From Takakia lepidozioides (lineage: Eukaryota; Plantae; Bryophyta): a stretch of DNA of 64,000 bases. Every line of letters begins with the position of its first letter. The stretch's first letter is position 1. The position numbers and the translations under genes are program-made. The notes below the pieces were generated by a model. That model was not told the DNA's origin, ran no database searches, and saw only the letters and a program-made list of their open reading frames with translations. Positions 38,801-49,416 of this stretch are shown in pieces. The stretch covers positions 16,306,001-16,370,000 of the forward strand of contig CM060733.1 of the NCBI GenBank assembly GCA_030704615.1. Direction: 5' to 3'.

Positions 38801-39889
38801 AGATATTCTCAGAATTTCAAGCAAAGAAAGTCCTTAAAAGTACGTGGCTCCAGTAGGTGGCTTTGTACAACCATGTATCAAGAACTTGGTCGTTGATGTG
38901 CCCGGTGTTCTCATCTCTTTCACCCCTAGGGAAGCAGTATGTATCCTTGACAGTTGGGTCAGAATTCCAAATCTCCAACCATTTCACTTTCTGGTCAGCT
39001 TCCACAGATGCAGTTGACAACCGGTGAAGCTTTTCCTGTGTCATCTCCGGTTTGGTGTTATTGTTCCAGTGGATCCTCACCTGATTAAGAAACTCGGGAC
39101 CAAAATCAGGGTCAACTATTCTCAGCTATTTCACGAAAGCGCTCATGAGCTTCTTCCGTATCTCATTCATCGTAAATTTCATGGCTTCTGCCACTCCCTT
39201 GGACGTCCTCATACCCTCCGGGTTTTTCAAATAGTGCTCCGCTTTTCCTCTCTCTCCAGCTTCAACTATTTCTTGCTGCAAAACGTAATCCGGAATGAGA
39301 TCACTTGTTACTGACAATCACAACAGACAATGGAAGGCCGGAGCGATGGAATACTTACAGTGTACATGTACTCCATGAATGTTTCCCTCGTTAGATTGTA
39401 CCAGGTATCTGACGTTTTTGATGTCAAACATTTCTTGAATGACTCCGCACGCAGGATGCTCTTGAATGAATTGAGGGGCATCTGGCCGATATTCTGGATC
39501 CTGAATAGTGTGTGAAGAAGGTTCATTGTCACATGGGCGGTTTCAGTTCCCCTGTCACATACAATGGTGTGTCGTCAGTGAGTGCTAAAAGCGAACAGAC
39601 AGTCAAGGAAAAAATGCGGACAATAACAAGTGAAGAAGACACTTACTTGTTAACGTCATGCATTGCCGTCAACAGTGCAGTGATGTTTCCCTTGCGATCC
39701 AGCACCATTGAGGCCACAGAATAGTGCCACTCCTCCTCGGTGCTATGATATCTCTCGATCATGTTCCTCCAGGCAAGCAATCGGTGGTTGCCATCCCAGA
39801 CATGAAACTTCTTGCCAGAGAAAGGTTGGGTGACGAGCCTCTTGCAAATGATAGATTCAAACTCCTCATTTATCTGTCGCCAGATAGGA

Positions 39890-40581
39890 TGTCGTGCGCA
39901 TACATATCGCTACACAACTACATCGCTATCCAAAACCACACAACACATGTGCACGCCACACACACTAGTATATCACTAGTCCACCACTAGTCCAACCACT
40001 AAGGTATAACTAGTCAGTCACTAGGCTGCCACTATGCTGTCCACTATGGCAGTCACTAGTCCACACAATCGATAAAGACAGAAGAAAGAAGAGGACATAC
40101 AAGCACAAGCTCACAAGCTGAAGCATAAACTCATGCATATATAACCTCATCACTCAAATACAAGTCAAACCAAGTGCACCCCACGCCATGGAGAATCCAC
40201 ACTACGGCGCCATAGCTAGGCGCGGTGAGGCTCAACTCGAGAAAGATGAGCCTCCCGCGCTTGCCGTGAAGATAACCACTCCAGGGCCTAAATCTGCCTT
40301 GACCCCTGGATTGACACTTGGGCCAATCCCAAATGTCAATATGTAAAAACTAGCTATTTTCTAGCTAGTTTCACACTAGTGGTAAAATAACTTGACAGCT
40401 GTCGTGCGCATACATATCGCTACACAACTACATCGCTGTCCAAAACCACACAACACATGTGCACGCCACACACACTAGTATATCACTAGTCCACCACTAG
40501 TCCAACCACTAAGGTATAACTAGTTAGTCACTAGGCTGCCACTATGCTGCCCACTATGGTAGTCACTAGTCCACACAATCG
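39890..40581 (-). repeat. 3' terminal repeat block Y-gc-X-Y (Y: 40400-40581 and 39890-40070; X: 40071-40397)
   Basis: tgtcgtgcgcatacatatcg..ccacacaatcg occurs twice; gataaaga..aaataacttgaca matches 49092-49416. Confidence 0.92.
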
Positions 40582-40837
40582 CCCCCCTAGCTGGTGCTTC
40601 GGTCCCTCTAAGTCCAGGTAGCCATAAGATGTGATAGTGACCATAGCCTGACTAAGTCTTCCACCACTGTCCCTACTACACTCAAACTCGATAGATCAAG
40701 AGGCCGGGTGCGAGAGTTGCCCCAACATTAGTCGCCGTCTTGCAACCTGTGAACTTGAGCTTGGGATCTCATGTATTGACTCCTATGAGCTTGGCCTCCC
40801 ATGTCTTGTTAGTTGCCTCCAGTCATGTCCACTGCCA

Positions 40838-41060
40838 CTATCCCAAGCAGTGTGGACACAACCAATCTCCATCAGGAACCCTCTCAAGAGGTGGTGTCAA
40901 GCATCCCATATGCCAACCTCTTGAGCATCGATCACACACCAGCATGGTGGCTGCCGCTTTGGCAGACCCACAGAACATGCACCTCAAACCTGCAGGTACC
41001 ACTGCCAAGTTTGGGTCAACTCTGCCATCGACATTGGGAAGGTGACATGGCGCACAATTA
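40838..41060 (-). pseudogene. PHD finger at the integrase C-terminus
   Basis: CMFC..MLVCDRCSRGWHMGCLTPPLERVPDGDWLCPHC (C4HC3). Confidence 0.92.
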
Positions 41061-41118
41061 CGCACATGGTCCTTCCAAGTCATGCCGAACAAGAGGGACA
41101 TCTTCAAGACACTCCAAT

Positions 41119-42624
41119 TCAGGACATGAGCTGGACATAGTGTCCACAATTGAGTACAGTAACCAAGATCAGGACCCCTGAGGGCAACACCTCTCGAACC
41201 CTCAGAATAACACGCCCTGCATTGACATCCATGGTCGTAGGAGCAGTCTGCTGCAAATAAACATAGTCACCAGGGCTAAACCTCCAAACCCCAGGACAAT
41301 ATCCTCCACCACGTATAGTGGCATACCTCAACGTATCACGGTGCTGTGCAATGGCAAGGTTCTCAAAAGCCATGGGCATGACTTTCTTAAACAACTCTGC
41401 ACGCTGATCACATGCACGTACCCACACGTCCGGATCGTCAAGGTTAAGGACTTGAGCAGTGTCCTTACGAATGGCTGCAGGCAAATCCGGCTCTCGGCCA
41501 AAGAGAAGGAAATATGGTGAGAAGGAGGCAAGTGATGCTTGTTTGCTGAACCTGTAGCCCATGGCTAACCAAGGAACCTGAAGATCCCAATCTCCTAGGT
41601 GTCCCTTCTGCAAGCCATACTTGCGCAAACCCCTCTTCACCGTCTGGATGACTCTCTCTGCCAAGCCATCGGCCTCAGGATGATCCCGAGAAGTGGTGCG
41701 GTGGTCTATCAAGGCTTTATCACACAAAGCCTGAAACTCCCCCAAGAACTCTCTCCCTTGGTCCATGAGTACCTCAGCTGGAGCACCAAATCGGCTAAGC
41801 ACACGATCCAAGAATGCATACGCAGCCCCCTCACTAGCCTTGTCAGGCAATGGAACCAACTCAATCCACTTGGAGAAGTGCTCCACCATCACCAACACAT
41901 ATCTGTGGTGGCGCATAGTCAGTGGCAACGGTCCTGCGAAGTCAAGACTCCACCTGTAGCCCAATCCCATGATTGGTAAAGGATGCAACTGTGGTGTAGG
42001 GGCGTTGAATGAAGCACGCACCCTGTCACACACCATGCACCTAGCCACGAACTATTGCACCTCTGTATGCATACCACGCCACCAATACTGCCCTTGCAGT
42101 AAACTGTGAGTGCGTCGCACTCCAAAATGCCCCAACTCCTCATGGGCATGCCGCACTAACCGTGCACGCTGTGTGGGGTGAGGCACAATCCTCACCCGAC
42201 CATCCTCCCACACTCAAAAGTAGGTGTATCCCCTCCCACTTGAACCTCTTGGCTCGTTGCAGGATCCGATCCCTCTCCCTGGCAGTCACAGTGGCTGCCG
42301 TGTCTCCAGTGCGGAGGTAGTCCAACACAACTGAATCCTCATGTATATCTTTGGCACCACCTGGCTCATCACTAGCCTCAGGGTCCTCAGACACTCTGTC
42401 TACAGTCATCCCTGCTGGAGGTCCAACCTGACCTCCCGATGCCAAGATACACAAAAATGCAGATGTGTGCCATCCCGGCACCATCTCCTCGTCCGTCTCA
42501 CCATGCCCCGAGCTCCAGTGTCATCCTGCTGGCTCGTGCATGGATTGCGACTCAATCCATCCGCATCCTTATTGACCAAACCCGGTCGATGCACAACCTG
42601 AACATGTCTCTCATGCTCCTCCAC
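41119..42624 (-). pseudogene. Gypsy RNase H C-terminal end + integrase (HHCC, DDE core)
   Basis: VVHRPGLVNKDADGLSR; HEELGHFG..YW..CMVC; WSLDFAGPLP, MDQGREF, HPEADGLAER, SPYFLLFGR, FSPGDYVYL. Confidence 0.92.
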
Positions 42625-42788
42625 CGTAGCACGAGAGGCAAAGCAATTCCTGTAAGCCTCAGGAACCGCCGTATACGTCGTCTCTCTTCTCTAATGACAA
42701 TAGGTCCAATGTCAAGCTCCCAATTGCCCTTTGTAACTGCAACCTTAAGTCCAGCAGACTTAGAGGTAGAGGACGCGTCCCGTGGTTG

Positions 42789-44360
42789 CTATGCCGCAAC
42801 CTCTTGAGCAGTACTCCCTGCCTGTTCAGTCAATGATAAGGCCTCATCCTGCCCCATCATCTCATCATTGAGAACCTCTTCAACCCGAGAAGAATCCCCA
42901 ACCTCATCCATCACAGCTGCCTTGGCTGCCAACTCCCTCTGAATCTCGAGCACCTCCCACATGTGCCATGGATGTCTACACCCCGTGGTCCTCGCCGGCT
43001 CGCCCCCACTCGTTGCCTGTACCGTCTCGGTAGGCAGAGAGACTGTAAAGGGAAGTGCACTCCGCACTCTACGTTGCTCAGCCATAGCCAAGTTGATAAT
43101 CCAGGTCAAGCAATTGAGATCCATTGCTTGCCCCAACACCTGACGACGTGATGCCTCAAAAAGAGACGGCACCGCCGTGGTACCAGTGGTAAAACCCATT
43201 GCCCACTCACGCTCGTCAACATTAGGCTCCACTAACTGCTGCAACTGAGCATCCCACAGGAGGCCAGGTCCACTATCCTGGAAAGCATGCGATCCTGGGA
43301 AGCTGAGCAGTGTAGGTAGTGCTACTCGTGGTTAACCCACCTTGTTGACCACTGCCAAAGGCGAACGGTCATCGTGTCTCACACGTTGAGACTGCCTCCT
43401 TGTGTCCAAAATGCTATCCACTGTGAGATGTGCTGGCCGCTGCACCCCATCAAATGCACGCTTGAGCAGTGTGGGTGGCATCAAGTTAGTCCACCATAGC
43501 CGTGGACGATGAGCCCGTGATCCCACTGCAGCTGCATCCAGCAGCACTACTGACCCAAGCCACGTCTGGACTTGATGCACACTGGCCATCACCCTGGCCC
43601 AAGAATCGCCCATCAGTGGCACATTCTCCAAGATGTATGTTGGCGATACAGCTTGATGAAGCTGCAAGTGGTGCAAAATCCGCACCATCTCCCAAAACAG
43701 ACCCGTCCTCGAGTCTCGCAATCCATTGTCATGCCCGGCTGATGAATGCCCTTGGCAGGGCCAACCTGCCACTACCAGATCAATGGAGCCAACCTGCTCC
43801 AAATCCGGCGCCCCCAGCAAAGAAATGTCTGCTGGCAAGGCCTGCTGATATCCACGAACTGCAGACACCGGCAACAACTCAGGGTACTGCTGCACCATCT
43901 GAGCAACATGACGGAGTGAGACGCGTCGTGCAGTCTCATCCCTCTCCACATACAAGTAATGCCTTACCCGCACACCTGCCTGTAGCATAGCAGCCAATCC
44001 GGTGCTGATCCCACCAAACAAGTCCAGAAGACAAATGCCTTCATCTGGATACTGCCACACAATAGGTGTGGTGTCCAATGGAGACAACTGAGGTGGTCCT
44101 GGTGCAATCCCCGCACTCTCCTCCTCTCCTGACGGTACAAAAGCCTCCACCCAGGCTTGTTGCACCCGTTGATCAGCATCCCGCTGCAAATCCTTGCTCG
44201 TGCCCCATAATGGAGTCTGAGCAACCATGGTAGGCAACTCCGCCATACCATACATGTCATCCTGCTCTCCCGGAGGTGGCACATCCTCTGAATGAGCGTT
44301 GCCCTCAAGCAACTCTCTAGGCCAACTCACTGCCGCTGTGAATGCTGCTAGTGTCGGCAT
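42789..44360 (-). pseudogene. DNMT3-like C5 cytosine methyltransferase domain inside pol (one in-frame stop at 43332-43334)
   Basis: Motifs I LLDLFGGISTG, II YVERD, IV VAGWPCQGHS, VI YILENV, VIII AHRPRLWWTN, IX/X EREWAMGF..RRQVLGQAMD; ORFs 43332-44360 and 42789-43244 are in the same frame. Confidence 0.92.
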
Positions 44361-46941
44361 CTTGCCTCGCTGGGCAACCGCAACTCCTCATATGAACGTC
44401 ACAGGGAGCTGCACACGCCGGCCCTCCCCTGACTGCCATCTAGGCCTATAGGAAGCTGACTCCTCCCAAAAATCCATGGTGAAGCCCATGGGGTATAATA
44501 CTGCCCCACCAACCAGGACATCGTACGAGACCGCGTCTGTCACAATGGCCTTGGCTCGCATCACTGAGCCATCTATAGGATGATCCGGCTATAGTCTGAT
44601 AGCCAACTCACGCCGTGTCATGCCTCGAGCCTGCTCCAATCCTCCCAGAGACGTCTGTATCTGGTAAGGACAAGGCTCCATATCCGCCTCCGTGAGGCCC
44701 AAGCCTGCAACAGCAGCTTTGCCCAGCATCAATGGCTGAGCTCCCGAGTCTAACAAGACCCGCAGTGGCCGGTACCTCTTGCCTGCCGGTCCACTCAAAC
44801 AGAAAATACCATCCTGGTTGTCTAACAAGACAACTCCGGGTGTCACCATGGCGCGCTCAATGGCTGGCCTAGCTGGCAGCTCCATCAACCTGACAGCTGC
44901 AGCTTGCCAAGGCGCCGCCGTGGCAGTCTTGACCCTCAAATCCGAGGATCCCTCCGGTACTACACCTCCCACTATCTCCGCAGAAGATGAAGTAACCTCC
45001 ACACTCTCACAGAGTGTAGCTGCCAGCCTGAACACCTCAGCTGGTTTTACCCCAGCGTCGCAATCATGGTAGCCGAGAACAATGGAGCCTGGCACACAGA
45101 TGTGGCCGCTCCCAGCAGCACACTAGCTGCCGTAGTGTTGGCAACACTAGGTAGTGGTGCTACCCGTGTAGCTCTCCCCAATGGCATAGTAACCTCCGCC
45201 TCGGTAACAGTCGGGCGAGAACTAGGTGCCATGGATGGCGTCGACACTGTCTCTGCCAATGTGAATGACTGAGGAAGCCTAGCCTGACGGCTTGCCTCCC
45301 CACGTTGTGGATCCAACTCCACCTCTGCACCTCGTGGCTCAGGAACTTGTGCTGTTCCTCGAGTCACGGCTGCAGCAGACTTGACCTGCACTAGTGGTAG
45401 TGCTGCTCCACACATGAATCCCATGTCTCTCATATCTCCTCCCTTAGGAACAGGAGGTGGACCATCCGGCATTGGAGCCGGTACCACCTGAGCTGTAGCC
45501 ATGGCAGCGAGCCTTTGTTCTAGCTGCTGAAGCCGGTTGGCCATGCCTTGGCCACCACCTTGACCTCCGCGTCCTTGGCCATGTTGAGCTTGCCCTTGGC
45601 CTGCACCTCGTGCCTAGCCACCTCGTCCTCTCTGGGCTGCTCCACCTCGCCCCCGGCCACCATTGTTCCCTTGGAACTGGCCTGGGTGCAACTCAGGATG
45701 CAAACCATAACACTGGGCCTCTCCATGCCCGTGCTTGCCACAATGCCCACACTGCAACTGTGCAGGCTGTGCATATGCTAGCCCTTTGCCTTCCTCTAGG
45801 CAATCCTTCTTGACATGGGGTCCTCCACATGTCCAACACACCACATCCGCCCGTTGTTGGCCTGCAAATGAAGGGAGAGACCCCTGCATCTGAGGTTCTC
45901 TCTGTCCTTCCCTGGGCTTCACCTAAGCCCCCTTGTTGCCTTGAGCACGTTGAGGTAGTGGTTGGCTAAGCACCACTACCCCGTGGTGTCTCCTTAGCAA
46001 ATCCCACCATGACCACTCGTTCCTCCACCATGTTGAGCTCTATCCGCTCTGCCAGCAAAAACACATTTGCTAAGGTGGGTTGGGCCGCTTGTAGGAGAGT
46101 TGCATCCCGCACCCTTCTCCTCAGCTCCTTGTCCAATATCCCATACCAAAATTGGACTGCCTGAGCTTCCGTAACCCCTTGGGTTACATTTATCAAGCGC
46201 CTCATGCAAGTGAAAGCCTCCCTCAAGCTCTCAGTCGGCTTCCGTTGGAACTCTTGCAAGCTCCGCAACTTCTCTGTCCTCACCCCTTGGTAGTTCCCTC
46301 TTAACTCTTCGAAGAACTCCACAACAGGGTTGAAGGCAGGCACCGCCACTGGTGCTGGTGCAGCAGTAGCTTGGGTGGACGTCGTAGCTATGGTATCACC
46401 AGTCCCACTGCTGCTTGGCTGAAGCTGCCGGTGCAGCGGCAGCTGTAGCCAATGCCCTCGTGGCTCTAGTGCCCCTAGTGATGGAGACATAGTCGGGTGA
46501 CCAATACATCCTCCACTCCTCGATCTCAACCTCATGCCCCCGCCCGAACTCATGGTAATCATCCATAGGCGGCCCCTCAAGGTGCTGAAACAACCCCTTC
46601 CATACCATGAAAGGCGTAAATAGTTGTGGATTGCGCATTTGCTGCAAATCACACCAACTATCAAACTCTTGGATAAAATCATCCAACTCAATGGTGCCCA
46701 CCGCCCCAGAGTACCTTCGTGGCCCCTTGGTAGCTCCATATATCTCCTCCATTGTGTCCCACAACAATGACAAGGAAACAACTTGCACCGCCGGTATGAG
46801 TCCTCCTAATTCACAATCCGAATTAGAACCTTCCGTAGAAGACACAAGAGGTGAAGGTGGCCTAAACCGCACACCTCGTCTCGTGTACCCATTAGTATCG
46901 TTAGTGCTCAAACCGGCACTCTCCCCAGCAACTAGTGGCAC
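44361..46941 (-). pseudogene. Gypsy gag (two CCHC knuckles) and aspartic protease
   Basis: FQRKPTESLREAF (gag), CWTCGGPHVKKDC and CGHCGKHGHGEAQC, VLLDSGAQPLML..YDVLVGG. Confidence 0.88.
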
Positions 46942-47509
46942 CTCCGTGTTGACAAACTGTCACTCAACCGGTCATGAACATGTCTCTAACCCCCTCTCCA
47001 CAAGGTTACCGGGTAGAGAACCTGTTGCAGCTTATGGTTTGGAATACTAGATTCCTAACATAGCCTACACCTGCACCTGCATCCACCGCAAGCACTCCTA
47101 TGGTTGGCTGGTCATCACCTCCAACCTCACCACAGGAGAAACAATGATGGTCTGACTGGTCATCACCCCAGCCTCACCATCGACAGCATGCTCTAGGACT
47201 GGCCGGTGATCAAATCCGGACCAATCACCTATAAAAACAAGTGCCCACACAAAACTAACATGGCGCACAGTCAAGCATGCAGGTGTGGGGGGGATCCAAA
47301 CACAAGAAATCAGAACGACAACTCCCCCACACCAAAAACAACTCCACGGTGTTGCTCCTGCAATGACACCCCAGCCCAAACCCGGACTGACTCTTGCCTC
47401 CACCTACGGAAAGGTCTTGGCCTAATGAGAGGGTGGAAAACTACAAGGAAGAGAAGCTAAAGCAATGCCTAACCCCAGCATGCTCTCATCCCGTCCAACA
47501 GTTGGAATC

Positions 47510-48565
47510 TGTCGCCAGTCAGTCCGCTTGTCAGTCGCCAGTCTGCTGGTGAGTCCACTTGCCAGTCTACCGGACTGAGTCAGTCTGCTTGCCAATCGCC
47601 AGTCCGCTCGTCAATCACCGGTCTGCTGGTGAGTCCACTCGCCAGTCTACTGGACTGAGTCAATCCGCTCGCCAATCACCGGTCTACTGGTGAGTCCACT
47701 CGCCGGTCTACCGGACTGAGTCAGTCCGCTTGCCAATCGCCAGTCTGCTCGTCAATCACCGGTCTGCTGGTGAGTCCACTCGCCAGTCTACCGGACTGAG
47801 TCAGTCCGCTGCAGAGCTGCAGAGAACCAAAAAGCAAGTGGAAGGAGCAGGGCTGCCCACAGCCTCTTCTTCATCAGTCGACTCAGTCTCAGGAGAAGCT
47901 GGAATGGCTTTATCACCAGCCCCCTTACATCTGGGGATCCAGTCCAAAGGTAAGGGAAAAGCCTCTCCAAACACGCCACTAAACTCAATGGCAAACAACC
48001 AAGCCCTGCTGGCTCCCAGCCCTTGTGAGCACTCATTCAAGCACTCTCCTTGGCCATAGCATCTGTCTTAGAGCCTATTCCAGCCCCCTACACCTGCCAC
48101 TTCAAGAGCCATGCTCTACCTAGGCTTGGGGTTGAAACCTCAACTCACATATGCCCTACAAGTGGTCTTCTTTCACCCAAGTGGGAACCAGCCCTAGCCC
48201 TTCCATTCTAGCTCTCTAAAGCTTGAAAACAAAAGCCTCAATGGGCTGAAGGCATGCTCCACACATGCCCCACTCTCACCATGAGAGAATCAGCTCTTTT
48301 GCTTCATTTCTTGCACCCACAAACCTGAAAATACAAGCTTCAGCAGGCTGAAAACATGCTCCACACATGCTCTACAGGGCAACCAGCCCCTTCCTTCCTT
48401 TCTTGCACTCCCAAACCTGAAAGTACAAGCCTTCAACAGGCTGAAAGCATGCTCCACACATGCTCTACAGGGCAACCAGCCCCTCCTTCTTTCTTTCTTG
48501 CACTCTCTCCAAGCTTGAAGATGGCAGCTTCAACGAGCTGAATACATGCTCCACACATGCAACCT
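47510..48565. repeat. Two tandem repeat clusters in the gypsy 5' leader
   Basis: ggtgagtccactcgccagtctaccggactgagtcagtc about 4 times (47510-47810); ggctgaa..catgctccacacatgc 4 times (48230-48565). Confidence 0.85.
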
Positions 48566-49091
48566 CTTCACACAAGAGGTATCAGCCCCCTATCTTGGCT
48601 CCTTGGCTCCTTGATGCTCTCTAAGACAAGACTAAGCACTCCACAGCCCTTGCCACTCCTGAAACCCTAAGGCTTACATTTCCAGCCCCAAGAGACTCCT
48701 CTTGTGGTGCAAGAGCTCTTCTTCTTCCAAGCTCTGAAACCCTAGGTGCACATTCCATGGCCTTGCCGCACATCTTAGCTTTTGTTCTAGCCCTACTCTT
48801 GCCATGACAAGAGCCCTCTCAATGCTGAAGCTCGAGATTGAAACCCAATCTCCACATACTCCACAAAGTGCACTGATTTGCCCCAGCCAAATCAGCCCTT
48901 TCGCTTGGTCTTACAATCCTTCACACAATGAAAGCTCGCATTCCCAAGTCCAGTTCTCAGCTTTGCCACCAAGCCACTCCATGGTGCTCCTTGCATAACA
49001 ACCTGGTTTCTCTCATTCTCAAGCAAAAACCACAAGTGCTACAACTAACTCGAACCTGGCACTCACAGACTCGGGCTGATCTTTCTCGAGT

Positions 49092-49416
49092 GATAAAGAA
49101 AGAAGAAAGAAGAGGACATACAAGCACAAGCTCACAAGCTGAAGCATAAACTCATGCATATATAACCTCATCACTCAAATACAAGTCAAGCCACGTGCAC
49201 CCCACGCCATGGGAATCCACACTACGTGCCATAGCTAGGCGCGGTGATGCTCAACTCGAGAAAGATGAGCCTCCCGCGCTTGCCGTGAAGATAACCACTC
49301 CAGGGCCTAAATCTGCCTTGATCCCTGGATTGACACTTGGGCCAATCCCAAATGTCAATATATAAAAACTAGCTATTTTCTAGCTAGTTTCACACTAGTG
49401 GTAAAATAACTTGACA
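49092..49416 (-). repeat. 5' terminal repeat X of the gypsy element
   Basis: Near-identical to 40071-40397; Y is not adjacent. Confidence 0.92.

Larger units (their letters stand above)
39890..49416 (-). mobile_element. Ty3/gypsy-type retrotransposon carrying a C5 DNA methyltransferase and PHD finger; RT deleted; split direct terminal repeats
   Basis: Absent from copy A (empty site ccagatAGGAtccc at ~3231-3244); AGGA duplicated at 39886-39889 and 49417-49420; TG..CA termini; domain order gag-CCHC-PR-MTase-(RH end)-INT-PHD. Confidence 0.93.

Noticed and set aside
39890-49416. Classification as a DIRS/Ngaro element because of the split repeats
   Set aside because: It encodes a protease and a DDE integrase, has a TSD and TG..CA ends, and shows no tyrosine recombinase motif
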